Positions 45,981-56,058 of a stretch of 64,000 bases of DNA are shown here, one piece after another. The notes below the pieces were generated by a model. It searched no databases and had not been told where the DNA came from. It saw only the letters and a program-made list of their open reading frames with translations. Where the stretch lies: positions 24,862 through 88,861 of the forward strand of contig JAFABB010000011.1 in NCBI GenBank assembly GCA_023426245.1. The letters are read 5' to 3'. Positions within the stretch are counted from its first letter, which is position 1. Each line of letters begins with the position of its first letter. The translations under genes and the position numbers were made by a program. Source of the stretch: Bacillota bacterium. Lineage in GTDB: Bacteria; Bacillota; UBA4882; UBA8346.

Positions 45981-46892
45981 TTATTTCACCGGGTAATACA
46001 GATCAAACTGGGTATTTTCATTGGGGATTTTATCAGGAGAAATCGTTTCCTCGAGCCATTGATGGTCTCCGAAACCGTACTCACTTTTCTTTATCCACTG
46101 ACCAAGCCTTTTCCATTGGTCGCTGATATTATGCAACCGGCAACATGTCACACCATATAATCCGCCTTCGAATTTTTTGATTGTTATTTGTCCGGACTCT
46201 TGAAGGCTATTGGGAACGCTTACCCATACTTCATACCCATATTCAGGTCTATCCGCGGCAGGACTGGGATTGTTAAATCCAAAAAATCGCGTTGTTGCCA
46301 GCTTCTCCAGCCCGTTATCGTCCACCCATCGCTTCATCACATTCCACGCATCCGTTTCCGGTGATACGCTTTCCGCCCGGTAATATGCCACTTTCATCGG
46401 TTTTAACTGAATTATCCTTATATCATCAAGTTCCTTGAATTTTTCATTCATTATCTTAGGGGCCTCCTTTTCAAAATGAATCTCTTGGAAGGATTGATTT
46501 TTGAGATTAAAGACCTTATTGAATTTTAGCTCATTATGGTTATGGTTGATTTGCTTTTGGAGAATGGACAAAAAGGCTTTTAACCTTTCCATTAGCTCCA
46601 GGGTCATTTCCGTTTCTTCCTCAAGATTTTTGAGTTTGAGCCTCAGTATATTCATAACAATCTCTACATTCTCCGAAGTAAAAATCCCTCGGATATCTTT
46701 AATCGGTATTTGCATTTTCCGCAAAAAAAGAATCTGCTCTATCCGGATTATGGCTTCTTGATCATAGTAACGATATTGAGATTCATTGCTGCGGATACTT
46801 CTTAAGATTCCGATTTCTTCATAATAACGGAGCGTGCGACCGGAAATATTAAATTTAGCAGCAACTTCTCCGATTTTATGAATTGCCTTCAC
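45981..46892 (-). CDS. MerR-family regulator with C-terminal GyrI-like effector-binding domain (BmrR-like)
   Basis: The N-terminus is IGEVAAKFNISGRTLRYYEEIGIL, followed by a coiled coil and then a GyrI-like C-terminus. GTG start. Confidence 0.85.
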   Translation of the reverse strand: MKAIHKIGEVAAKFNISGRTLRYYEEIGILRSIRSNESQYRYYDQEAIIRIEQILFLRKMQIPIKDIRGIFTSENVEIVMNILRLKLKNLEEETEMTLELMERLKAFLSILQKQINHNHNELKFNKVFNLKNQSFQEIHFEKEAPKIMNEKFKELDDIRIIQLKPMKVAYYRAESVSPETDAWNVMKRWVDDNGLEKLATTRFFGFNNPSPAADRPEYGYEVWVSVPNSLQESGQITIKKFEGGLYGVTCCRLHNISDQWKRLGQWIKKSEYGFGDHQWLEETISPDKIPNENTQFDLYYPVK

Positions 46893-46939
46893 CCCAAGCT
46901 TCTCTCCCTTCCATTGATTTTTGAAGCGCCTCTTAACCC

Positions 46940-46970
46940 ATTGTAATATTTTCCGTTACGGAAAAGTCAA
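46940..46970 (-). promoter_or_regulatory. MerR-type promoter: TTGACT-19 nt-TACAAT with a dyad in the spacer
   Basis: On the minus strand, ttgact (46970-46965), then a 19-nt spacer containing the perfect 8-1-8 dyad ttttccgt-a-acggaaaa (46949-46965), then tacaat (46945-46940). It is about 50 nt upstream of the merR-like start. Confidence 0.7.
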
Positions 46971-47290
46971 TATAATTTTAATGAAAAAGGCGAATGTCTC
47001 AAGACATATTCGATGGAATTAAAAGAGATTTCATTTTCAGCCTTTGGATTGCCAAGTTTTTATTCTTTTTCCATTTGTGATTCTAAGGGGATGTCGCTTG
47101 TTATGGCGTGTCTTTTAATGGCCTTTGGTCCTCGATAAGTTTCATTTGCTGAAATTGCCGAAGTACCGCAGATTTAATCCTCTTAAATAAGATTCCATTT
47201 CTACCCTATAATTCCTACATAAAAATCTCGAAAATCCAGTACAATATTCATCATTTTCACCGCAGTTTGCATGCAATTACAAATAAAAAA

Positions 47291-47314
47291 AGTACTGCGC
47301 TTTTCAACAGTACT
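47291..47314. terminator. Intrinsic terminator downstream of the cupin gene
   Basis: agtactg-cgcttttcaa-cagtact, flanked by an A-run and a T-run (bidirectional form). Confidence 0.7.
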
Positions 47315-47335
47315 TTTTTGTCGTTATCGATCCAA

Positions 47336-47818
47336 TCATAAGGTCATATAAGGTTGAGTGATGGTTTCCTGAAATTCCAAGTCATTGGCTCCGGTTCCAT
47401 CCGCATAAAGAACCAGGACTTCCGCCGTTTCTTCCAGCGGAAAAGGCGCTAAATGCCAGACGCCTTCATGAATGATTAATCCTTGACCCGCAGGCAGATA
47501 AAACGCTTTGATTTCATTCTCCACCTCTTTTAGCTCTCCACCAGGAGCTAATGGAACAATAACCCCCTTATTCAAAGCAAACACAACTTCGACGCTCTTG
47601 ATGTGCCTTTCCATTCGTGTTAATATGTAAGGGCGCTTCTTTACCCGGATATAAGTGGCCTCGCTCTTGGTCGGCAATGTGAAAACCCGGTTCCATAAAT
47701 TTAAATTAGCATTATCGCGGTCCGGAGTACCATTGGGCAGGCATATCCGTTCCGCCAAAGCGCTTAATTGCGGATCATTCACGTTCAATAGGGAAATTGC
47801 ATTGTTGCCTTCTGACAT
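47336..47818 (-). CDS. Ureidoglycolate-lyase-like cupin protein
   Basis: 160 aa. The MERH..S.E.VFAL and IHEGVWH motifs resemble the ureidoglycolate lyase fold. Last gene of the sugar cassette. Confidence 0.5.
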   Translation of the reverse strand: MSEGNNAISLLNVNDPQLSALAERICLPNGTPDRDNANLNLWNRVFTLPTKSEATYIRVKKRPYILTRMERHIKSVEVVFALNKGVIVPLAPGGELKEVENEIKAFYLPAGQGLIIHEGVWHLAPFPLEETAEVLVLYADGTGANDLEFQETITQPYMTL

Positions 47819-47871
47819 CAGTAAACATCTCCTTTATAAAATATCATTCATTACAAAAACCATTTCGGTAT

Positions 47872-49302
47872 TTAGACAAATTGAAGATAATCGGCTTGAC
47901 TTACCTTTTGGACTGGACTTAAGCCCAGCCAGGCGCCAATCTCCAAAATTTCTTTTGGGTAATCCCCCAAGGCAACGGCGTAATGATGCTGAATGCCATT
48001 GACTAAAATGGTATTGACCAAATCATTGACTTGAATGGATTGATCCTGCAATTTCAATCCGGACAGCCATCCTCTGCTCCCTTCAAAGCTTGGTTTTTCC
48101 GGATCTTTAAATTCGCCGCTCAAGATGAACATTTTATTGCCATCGCCGGTTATCCGTAAAACTGTGGCTGCTTCTTTTTTATAGATCATATTGGCGACCG
48201 GCGCGTGTTGTTTTAAGCCTTGACCCGCTATAAAAGCAGGGTTTGAATGGGCTGTTAAATCAATTTCACCTTTATAAGCAAGATCTTTCGTGCCGACGCC
48301 ACAGTGCCAAAGCAGCACCGACCCATCATCTTCTTTAAAATCTATTAAATCCATTAACAATGAAGGATAAGCCGATAACTGGCGCAGCAAATACATGCTC
48401 AACATCCCGTAAACGTCGCCCTCACAGGTGGTAATGACGCCAAAATAATTGAGAAAGCCAATTGCGGCGCAGGTAACCATATCCAATTTTTGGCGAAATT
48501 TAGGCCAACAATTTAAGGTTACGGCGCTTAAATTCATTTCCGTTTTAAAATCGGTGATCGCCTTGATTAACCTGGCGCTGTCCTCAATCTTGGAACGGGC
48601 GATTTCGCTCATGCCAACGATACTGGCTAACATTTGCCTTTCAATACTTTCGATATCCGCTGTTCCATAAGACTTCATCCGTTCATATACATCATCAAAC
48701 TCAAGCGTACGCACTATTCGAACTTTAAACTTGCGGTAGATGTCTCTTTCGTCATAATATTGATTATCAAAGCCATTGGCAATCCCGCCGATAATGCCCA
48801 TTTGGCTTCCTTGCATATTCTTAATCACCTGCAAAGCTTTGACCGTTATTTTAAACCGTTCCTGAAACTTCACATCACCGGCATTTCCATAAAACCATTT
48901 ATATTTCTTAATTCCAAGATACTCTTTTAAAATACTGGCATTCATGTTCATGCCGCAAAACGCGTTTCCCGGCAGCGGTCCGCAGGAGGCGGGTTCGGGT
49001 ATTGCCCATAATCCCAAATAAACAGGCAACTCGGCCAAAATAGAAATAATTTTCCCCAAAGCAAACTGGACATTCAAAACAAGTAAGAAATCGATTCCAG
49101 CGCCTTTTAATTGGTTATAGGCATCCTGGGCGTCATTTTCGGTAATCATTCCCTTTGGAATAATGCAGGATTCAAAGGAAAGCTCTTCTGCCAATTGAGC
49201 AAAGTCGCTACAAGCTTTCTTGTATAATCCCTCCTTATCCCCGGGAAAATTACTGTGCATAAGGCCCACCAGACCGATTTTTAATTTTTCCAAAGCCGTC
49301 AC
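47872..49302 (-). CDS. L-fucose/L-arabinose isomerase-family protein
   Basis: 476 aa with an N-terminal flavodoxin-like layer (KIGLVGL) and the TCEGD and LWHCG motifs typical of COG2407-type isomerases. GTG start. Confidence 0.7.
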   Translation of the reverse strand: MTALEKLKIGLVGLMHSNFPGDKEGLYKKACSDFAQLAEELSFESCIIPKGMITENDAQDAYNQLKGAGIDFLLVLNVQFALGKIISILAELPVYLGLWAIPEPASCGPLPGNAFCGMNMNASILKEYLGIKKYKWFYGNAGDVKFQERFKITVKALQVIKNMQGSQMGIIGGIANGFDNQYYDERDIYRKFKVRIVRTLEFDDVYERMKSYGTADIESIERQMLASIVGMSEIARSKIEDSARLIKAITDFKTEMNLSAVTLNCWPKFRQKLDMVTCAAIGFLNYFGVITTCEGDVYGMLSMYLLRQLSAYPSLLMDLIDFKEDDGSVLLWHCGVGTKDLAYKGEIDLTAHSNPAFIAGQGLKQHAPVANMIYKKEAATVLRITGDGNKMFILSGEFKDPEKPSFEGSRGWLSGLKLQDQSIQVNDLVNTILVNGIQHHYAVALGDYPKEILEIGAWLGLSPVQKVSQADYLQFV

Positions 49303-49350
49303 CTGACTTTTTTTATTAATTAAAAAACATTGAAAACGATATTGAAGCGA

Positions 49351-50289
49351 TTATTTATTATTAAGCAAAGCCTTGATTTGCCCAATAATACCCTTAACAT
49401 CAAGCCCGTATTTATCCATGATGTCGGCGAATTTGCCTGATTTACCGAAAGAATCGTTGACCCCGATCCTCTTAAAAGGCACTCCCTGATTTTCACTCAG
49501 AACTTCGGCAACGGCGCTTCCTAAACCGCCAATTACATTATGATTTTCGATCGTAACGATAGCACCGGTTTCCTTTGCCGATTGGATAATGATCTCTTGA
49601 TCGATGGGTTTAATGGTATGCATATTGACAACTCTGGCCTTGATATTTTCTTTAAGCAATTGTTCGTGAACTTCCAAACAAGTCTGCACCATAATTCCAT
49701 TGGTAAAAATAGTCAAATCGCCTTCCTCGGTCAACAATGAGCCCTTGCCAAGTTGGAATTGATAAGACGGATGATTGTTCATTACATCCAGCGGAATTCT
49801 CTCCAGCCGTAAATAGGCAGGTCCGGGTTCATCAATAAGACATTTTACAACTGCAGCAGTTTCAATGGCATCCGCCGGGTAAACGATCTTCATATTGGGA
49901 ATTGTCCTCATTATTCCTATATCTTCAAGGCATTGATGGGTTGCTCCATCCTTCTCAACGGAAAATCCGGCATGCGTACCGACAATTCTGACATTTAGAT
50001 TCGGATAGGCAACGAAATTCCTTATTTGCTCAAAGGCCCTTCCTGCAGCGAACATTGCAAAGGAATGAGCAAAAACTATTTTCCCCGTTGTGGCCAGCCC
50101 TGCGGCTACACCCGTCATATTGGCTTCTGCAATTCCAATGTTATAAAAGCGTTCAGGATATTTTTCCCGAAACAAATCGGTATGATTGCAACAAGCGAGA
50201 TCGGCGTCAAGAACAACCACCTTATTGTTTTTGCCATGTTCGAGCAAAGCTTGGCCATATGCAGCCTCTGTTGAAATTTTTTCTGACAT
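49351..50289 (-). CDS. Transketolase, C-terminal (pyrimidine-binding) subunit
   Basis: AYGQAL, DADL, GIAEANM and the C-terminal ENH..GGLGS. The ATG at 50289 has GGAGG upstream and lies 1 nt after the stop of the N-terminal subunit gene. The ORF opens at 50322. Confidence 0.9.
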   Translation of the reverse strand: MSEKISTEAAYGQALLEHGKNNKVVVLDADLACCNHTDLFREKYPERFYNIGIAEANMTGVAAGLATTGKIVFAHSFAMFAAGRAFEQIRNFVAYPNLNVRIVGTHAGFSVEKDGATHQCLEDIGIMRTIPNMKIVYPADAIETAAVVKCLIDEPGPAYLRLERIPLDVMNNHPSYQFQLGKGSLLTEEGDLTIFTNGIMVQTCLEVHEQLLKENIKARVVNMHTIKPIDQEIIIQSAKETGAIVTIENHNVIGGLGSAVAEVLSENQGVPFKRIGVNDSFGKSGKFADIMDKYGLDVKGIIGQIKALLNNK

Positions 50290-50290
50290 T

Positions 50291-51133
50291 TTATTGGACC
50301 TCCAGTTGTTGGATTCGGGCACTCACTTCATGGCAAGCTTTTTCAAACTCGGGCGCGCCGGGGGCTTTACCGTGCCAACATGCTTCATTCTCCATAAATG
50401 ATACTCCCTTTCCTTTGGTCGTCTTCGCCAGGATCATGACCGGTTTCCCCTTGATTTGTTTTGCCTTTAAAATGGCCGAATCAATCTTTTCAATATCATG
50501 ACCATCGATTTCTATTACTTCCCAGCCAAAAGCGATTAATTTATCTTGAATCGGATAAGGAGACATCACATCTTTTAATTGACCGTCAATTTGCAAATCA
50601 TTATTATCGATAAAACCAATTAAATTATCCAATTTATAGTTGGCTGCCGCCATTGCCGCTTCCCATATTTGCCCTTCCTGAATTTCACCGTCACCCATAA
50701 CCGCAAATACAGTATAATTTTTTTTGTCCATCTTACCGGCAATCGCCATTCCTACTGCTGATGACAAACCCTGCCCCAGGGAACCGGTGGACATATCAAC
50801 GCCGGGAACTTCTTTTTCGGCATGTCCGGACAAAAAGCTATGGATGGTCCGGAAATTTTTTAATTCTTCAACCGGAAAAAAACCCTTTTCCGCTAAAACT
50901 GAGTATAAAGCCGGCGTACAGTGACCTTTGGAGAGCACGAACCGGTCACGGTCTTCCCAGTGAGGATTTTCAACTTTAACATTCATTTCTTTAAAATATA
51001 AAACCGTCAAAATATCGATAATGGATAACGAACCCCCGATATGGCCCGAGCCGGCATAATTAACTGTCTTTAAAGCAAGTAATCTCAATTTTTCAGCTCG
51101 TAGTTTTAATTGCTTGATTTCTTCTTTTTCCAT
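50291..51133 (-). CDS. Transketolase, N-terminal (TPP-binding) subunit
   Basis: SGHIGGSLS, LSKGH and GDGE..EG..WEA motifs. The ATG at 51133 has AAGGAAG upstream. The ORF opens at 51187. Confidence 0.9.
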   Translation of the reverse strand: MEKEEIKQLKLRAEKLRLLALKTVNYAGSGHIGGSLSIIDILTVLYFKEMNVKVENPHWEDRDRFVLSKGHCTPALYSVLAEKGFFPVEELKNFRTIHSFLSGHAEKEVPGVDMSTGSLGQGLSSAVGMAIAGKMDKKNYTVFAVMGDGEIQEGQIWEAAMAAANYKLDNLIGFIDNNDLQIDGQLKDVMSPYPIQDKLIAFGWEVIEIDGHDIEKIDSAILKAKQIKGKPVMILAKTTKGKGVSFMENEACWHGKAPGAPEFEKACHEVSARIQQLEVQ

Positions 51134-51161
51134 GGTGTCAACTTCCTTTTTGTTGTATTTT

Positions 51162-52031
51162 TTAACCCTTAAGACCCGACAATGCAATACCTTCGATGAA
51201 GTATCTTTGTGTAAAAATGAATATTGCTATGATTGGCAATAAAGCGGTTACAACCACAGCCATTAATAAATTCCATTGCGTGAAGTATTGGCCGGTAAAA
51301 TAAACCAGTCCCAATTGAACCGTCTTCATTTTGGTACTATTTGTCATAATTAACGGCCAGAAAAAATCATTCCAGTTATATTGAATCTGAAATATCGCCA
51401 ATGTAGCCAAGGCGGGTTTGCATAACGGCAAAATCATTTTTCTGAATATATGAAACTCTCCCATCCCGTCTATCCGGGCTGCTTCCATCAATTCATCGGG
51501 TATTGATTGAATAAACTGCCTCATCAAAAATATGCCAAATGCGTTACTGATATTGGGAATAATTAAAGCCAGATAGGTGTCAACCCAGCCTACGCGCTGG
51601 AGCATGATATATACCGGAATAATTATCGATTGCACCGGTAACATAAGTGTTGCAAGCACCAAATAAAAGGTCACATTTTTGCCTTTAAACTTATATTTGG
51701 CAAATGCATATCCAGCCATAGAATCCAAAAAAATGCTTGTCAACGTTATGCTTGCGGTAACCAGAAAACTATTGAAAAAGAATCTTTCAAACGGCGCCAA
51801 GGTCAAAGCAGTCTTATAATTATCCCATTGAATCACTTTGGGTATCAAAGCAGGAGGCCAAGAATAAATCTCGGCAGAGTTTTTAATCGAATTGGCAATC
51901 ATCCAGATAAATGGAATTAAGATAATTAAAGCTAAAATCGTTAATAAAAAGTACATTAATCCATGGGAAAGCCATTGGGTAGAATGGTGATTTTTAGTTT
52001 CAACCGTATCAATACTTAATCTAATGTCCAT
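51162..52031 (-). CDS. Carbohydrate ABC transporter permease
   Basis: BPD_transp_1 with the EAA loop (ELMEAARIDGMGEFHIFRKMILP). The ATG at 52031 has AAAGGTG upstream; a GTG is at 52040. Confidence 0.9.
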   Translation of the reverse strand: MDIRLSIDTVETKNHHSTQWLSHGLMYFLLTILALIILIPFIWMIANSIKNSAEIYSWPPALIPKVIQWDNYKTALTLAPFERFFFNSFLVTASITLTSIFLDSMAGYAFAKYKFKGKNVTFYLVLATLMLPVQSIIIPVYIMLQRVGWVDTYLALIIPNISNAFGIFLMRQFIQSIPDELMEAARIDGMGEFHIFRKMILPLCKPALATLAIFQIQYNWNDFFWPLIMTNSTKMKTVQLGLVYFTGQYFTQWNLLMAVVVTALLPIIAIFIFTQRYFIEGIALSGLKG

Positions 52032-52061
52032 GTTCAACACCTTTCAAATAAATTTTGGCTA

Positions 52062-52934
52062 TTAATATTCAATTTTATCGCCGAAGAGTTTATTTTGAAT
52101 GACAGTAAGCAAGAATACGATGAATAACAGAACCATCGAAATCGAAGATGCGTAGCCCATTTTAAACCACTCAAAACCGTTCTGATATAAGTAATAAACC
52201 AATACCTGTGTTTTATTAACCGGTCCGCCTTGGGTCATGACATAAATTTGGGCAAACACCTGAAAAGAACGGATAATCTGCATTGTCACCACAAAAAAAG
52301 TAACCGGGCTCAGTAGCGGTATCGTAATATTCCATAATTGCCTAAAACGGCTCGCCCCATCGATTTGAGCCGCTTCGTATAAATGCGCCGGTATTCCTTG
52401 GAGTCCGGCTATGAACAAGACCATGTTATAACCAACATTCGCCCAAATGGCGAGCAAGATCAAAGAAGGCATGGCCAATTTACTGTCGGACAGCCACCGC
52501 AGCTGCGGAAGATGAGCTAGTTGTAAAAGATAATTAAAAAAACCATAATTGGGATCAAACATCCACATCCAAATCATCGAAATAGCCACCATGGAACAAA
52601 TGGTCGGAAGAAAAAATATCGCCCGAAATAACGTCTTCCCTTTCATCCATGTATTATTAAGTACTAAAGCCAAGATTAAACCGGCAATTACCGAAAATAC
52701 CGTCGTTCCTACCGAATAATAAAAGGTATTATAAATCGCCAAAAGGAAGGTCTTATCCCCGAATAAATCAATGAAGTTTTTCACTCCGATAAATACCGGG
52801 CTGCTTACGAGATCCCATTTAAAGAAACTCATCAATAAAGAGGTTAAAATTGGGATTATTTTAAAAACAACCGTTATGATTAGGGAACCCGCTAAAAAAA
52901 GATAGGGTATTTTTCTACTCGTATTCGTCATCAT
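52062..52934 (-). CDS. Carbohydrate ABC transporter permease
   Basis: EAA loop LYEAAQIDGASRFRQLWNITIP. 290 aa. Confidence 0.9.
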   Translation of the reverse strand: MMTNTSRKIPYLFLAGSLIITVVFKIIPILTSLLMSFFKWDLVSSPVFIGVKNFIDLFGDKTFLLAIYNTFYYSVGTTVFSVIAGLILALVLNNTWMKGKTLFRAIFFLPTICSMVAISMIWMWMFDPNYGFFNYLLQLAHLPQLRWLSDSKLAMPSLILLAIWANVGYNMVLFIAGLQGIPAHLYEAAQIDGASRFRQLWNITIPLLSPVTFFVVTMQIIRSFQVFAQIYVMTQGGPVNKTQVLVYYLYQNGFEWFKMGYASSISMVLLFIVFLLTVIQNKLFGDKIEY

Positions 52935-52992
52935 TACACTCCTAAAGTCATTTCAAGAGAGAGTCGCCTCTCTCTTGAATAATCAATCAACC

Positions 52993-54255
52993 TCATTGCG
53001 CCAAAATTTTATTGATGTCTTTTTCCCCATCAGTTAATGCTTTTTGAGGATCTTTTTTTGTTCCTTCATCCAGTGTCGCTTGGAGTTCACGGACCAGCAC
53101 AGGCTGAATTTCCAAAAATTTCGGATTCCATACATCAGCCCTAGAATACTCAAGCCCCTTAATAAAGGGCATCGCCAATGGATCATTTTTCAACCCTTTT
53201 TCCATCAGGTCATTGAGGCTGGTTTTAGTAACTGGAAAATGGCTGTGTAAAGTATTCCACCATAGACTCTGCTGTTCTTGTTCCATGATAAAATGAGCCA
53301 GTTTCCAGGCCGCGGCTTTCTTTTTTGTGCCTGCCCAAATACCGATACCATCCGCAAGATAATTATTGGAACGTGTTTTGTTGTACGGCAACTCGGCCAC
53401 ACCGTAATGAAGATTAGGAACCTCGGTTGCATAAACAGGCCTGTTCCAAGGCCCGGAAATAATCATCGCCACTTTGCCCAGCTTGAATGCCTGTTCGGCA
53501 TTTAACTGCGAACCGACGGCGGGAGAAGGAGAGGCCTCATTCTTAATCAAATCACGCCAAAACCGGAGGGTCTCGGCTCCAGCCTCGCTATTGAATGCGA
53601 CTTTAGTTTTTTTCTCATCAAAAAAGCGCCCGCCGGATTGTTCCAAAAATAAGGCAAACATTCCGGGAACTCCAGGATCCAGTTGAAATCCCCATTGAAC
53701 GACTCGACCATCTTGTTTGACTGTCAGTTTTTGGGCTGCAGCAGCAAAATCAGTCCACTTCCACTCCCCTGTCGGGTATTTGACACCTGCTTTATCAAAA
53801 AGGTCTTTGTTGTAGAGTAAGGCCCTGCACATCAAGGTATGAGGTAAGCCATACTGTTTTCCATTATGCCGATAAATATCCAAAGGACCTGCAATTAAAT
53901 CGTTATAAAATTTCGGCTCTCTTTTTAAGAAAGGAGTTAAATCAAGTAAAATTCCCTTACTTGCCCAGCTTTGCCCATAAGCGTGCGTCATCCGTGTAAC
54001 ATCAGGCGCATCGCCGCCTGCATTCGAAGTCAACATCTTCGTAGCGATATCGTTACTGCCAATGCTTTCAAAATCCACTTCAATATCGCGGTTTTTCGCT
54101 TCAAAACTCTTAACCCACTGTTTGGCAACGGCGATTTCATTTAGATTTCCGAAGAAATTAAATCGAATCGTGGTTTTTGCCGCGAAAGTACTGGTGCTTA
54201 CCAATAAAAGTACAAATAACAAGCTTAAGATCGTGCAAAAGATACTCTTTTTCAT
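52993..54255 (-). CDS. Carbohydrate ABC transporter substrate-binding protein
   Basis: Signal peptide MKKSIFCTILSLLFVLLLVSTSTFA. SBP family 1 size and pattern. The ATG at 54255 has AGGAGGGG upstream. Confidence 0.85.
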   Translation of the reverse strand: MKKSIFCTILSLLFVLLLVSTSTFAAKTTIRFNFFGNLNEIAVAKQWVKSFEAKNRDIEVDFESIGSNDIATKMLTSNAGGDAPDVTRMTHAYGQSWASKGILLDLTPFLKREPKFYNDLIAGPLDIYRHNGKQYGLPHTLMCRALLYNKDLFDKAGVKYPTGEWKWTDFAAAAQKLTVKQDGRVVQWGFQLDPGVPGMFALFLEQSGGRFFDEKKTKVAFNSEAGAETLRFWRDLIKNEASPSPAVGSQLNAEQAFKLGKVAMIISGPWNRPVYATEVPNLHYGVAELPYNKTRSNNYLADGIGIWAGTKKKAAAWKLAHFIMEQEQQSLWWNTLHSHFPVTKTSLNDLMEKGLKNDPLAMPFIKGLEYSRADVWNPKFLEIQPVLVRELQATLDEGTKKDPQKALTDGEKDINKILAQ

Positions 54256-54619
54256 TATTCCCCTCCTAATTTCTGAAAATCGCAACTAATAAGTAAATTG
54301 GCCTCCTTTCCCTATATAAATTCTATTGTCCGGTTCCTTTTGGGACAATCGGTAATCAATTCCAAATAGAGCCGAACATCATAGTGTCTGTTTCATTATC
54401 TTATTGTATATTACTTTGTGGCTAAATTTGCCTATCATCAACTTTGGAGGTTAAAATAATAAATTAAATTATTTAGGCTACTTTCAAGCGGATTTCGAAA
54501 AAAATAGGATTTCCCGAAGATTGATTTTCTCTTTTAATATAAGTATAATGGCATAAAAAGCTATTTTCTATAATTCTATTGAGAAATTTTATAACAATAT
54601 TGCGCAAAAGAAGGGATTT

Positions 54620-55528
54620 ATGATGGGGGAGAAAAAGCTCAAAATTGACGAGAACTTGATGGAAAAAACATTACATGGGGACTACACCTTTCCTTTTTAC
54701 CTAAAACACGAAATCATCTCCGACTATGAAAAAAACCGTTTTGAATGTCATTGGCATTCTGAACCGGAATTTACAGTCTTTAGCGAAGGAAAAATGGAAT
54801 ACCAGGTCAATGATACCCTGTATAATGTAGCAGCCGGCAGCGGAATGTTCGTGAATAAGAATTGCCTTCATACGGGATGGGTCTATAAAGGCATGGACTG
54901 TAAATATACAATCATTACAGTCGATCCGGTGTTTATTTTCGGCTACGAAAATAGCGCCATTGAGACAAACTACGTTTCCCCTCTCCTTGAATCTTCACAG
55001 TTTTCTTCCTTGTATTTGAATCCCCAAAATCAAAGTCATCAACAGATGATCAATTTACTGCTGGAAGTCCACGCGCTATATGAAGAAAAGCCAATCTGCT
55101 ATGAGCTGCAAATCAAGAGCCGGTTATGCGAACTTTGGAGTGTTCTTTTCCAGGATTTTCAAAACGTTACCAGCCAAAATGAGCACCCTCATTCAAAAGA
55201 TATTCCCCGCTTAAAAAGAGTCCTGAATTACATTCATCAAAATTACAACAACAAGTTGACCCTTGATGAAATGGCTTCCTCCTGCAACATCAGCAAAAGC
55301 GAATGTTGCCGCTTTTTTAAAAAGCTCATGCGGCAGACGCCCTTTGAATATTTATTGAAATACCGCATTCAAAAAAGCATTCCCCTGCTAAGAAACCAAG
55401 AGCTTAACATCACCGAGATCGCCGAATCAACCGGCTTTATCAGTGCTAGCTATTATTCGGAGATTTTCAGGAGGATGATGCACTGCTCCCCGACGGAATA
55501 TCGCAAGCAGCACAATGAAGAAGTTTGA
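54620..55528 (+). CDS. AraC-family regulator (cupin sensor plus double HTH), divergent from the sugar cassette
   Basis: N-terminal cupin (H.H.E.EF....G) and the C-terminal AraC signature (...ITEIAESTGFISASYYSEIFRRMMHCSPTEYRK). Confidence 0.85.
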   Translation: MMGEKKLKIDENLMEKTLHGDYTFPFYLKHEIISDYEKNRFECHWHSEPEFTVFSEGKMEYQVNDTLYNVAAGSGMFVNKNCLHTGWVYKGMDCKYTIITVDPVFIFGYENSAIETNYVSPLLESSQFSSLYLNPQNQSHQQMINLLLEVHALYEEKPICYELQIKSRLCELWSVLFQDFQNVTSQNEHPHSKDIPRLKRVLNYIHQNYNNKLTLDEMASSCNISKSECCRFFKKLMRQTPFEYLLKYRIQKSIPLLRNQELNITEIAESTGFISASYYSEIFRRMMHCSPTEYRKQHNEEV

Positions 55529-55627
55529 AAGGGTTATAACGCGATGTGATACCATATAAAAAATAGGATTGTTCTAACGGATATTCAATACCCTATGGGA
55601 AACCTAACAAAAAGAAGGAATCTTACC

Positions 55628-55891
55628 ATGAATTTAAAAATCCCCAAAGAACAAAAGACCCAAATTGTCGCTATGGTTCAACAATACTTCCGGGAAGAGC
55701 GTGGCGAGGAGATCGGTGATCTGGCGGCGGAGTTTTTGATCGACTTTATGATCAAACAAATGAGGCCTTTCATTTACAACCAGGCCATCGAGGATGTGCA
55801 AGCGGTTTTAAACCAAAAAATGGCCGCCCTCGAAGAAGACGTTTATGCCCTTAAAATGCCGCTGAAACTGTCTTCAAAGGGAAAAGGGTAA
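55628..55891 (+). CDS. DUF2164-like small protein
   Basis: The EIGDLAAEFLIDF......IYNQAI.D pattern was recalled from DUF2164. The ORF opens at 55595; an ATG is at 55628. Confidence 0.55.
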   Translation: MNLKIPKEQKTQIVAMVQQYFREERGEEIGDLAAEFLIDFMIKQMRPFIYNQAIEDVQAVLNQKMAALEEDVYALKMPLKLSSKGKG

Positions 55892-55902
55892 AGAGAAAAG
55901 AA

Positions 55903-55980
55903 AGTCTTGCTGCCGTATACTGTGGCCTTGGCGCTGGTCAGGCGATTCAGTTCGTCGTAATCGTAATTTTCGGTGAGGTT
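55903..55980 (-). pseudogene. Orphan RHS/YD-repeat fragment
   Basis: The minus-strand translation NLTENYDYDELNRLTSAKATVYGSKT matches the YD-repeat consensus (Y.YD..G/N.RL). It is a single repeat with no plausible start, context or continuation. Confidence 0.35.
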
Positions 55981-56058
55981 CGAATTATTAGACTCTTGCT
56001 TATTAGGCATGCAGGATAATTTTACCAATAGCCGAAATATTCATTCGGTGATTAAAAA

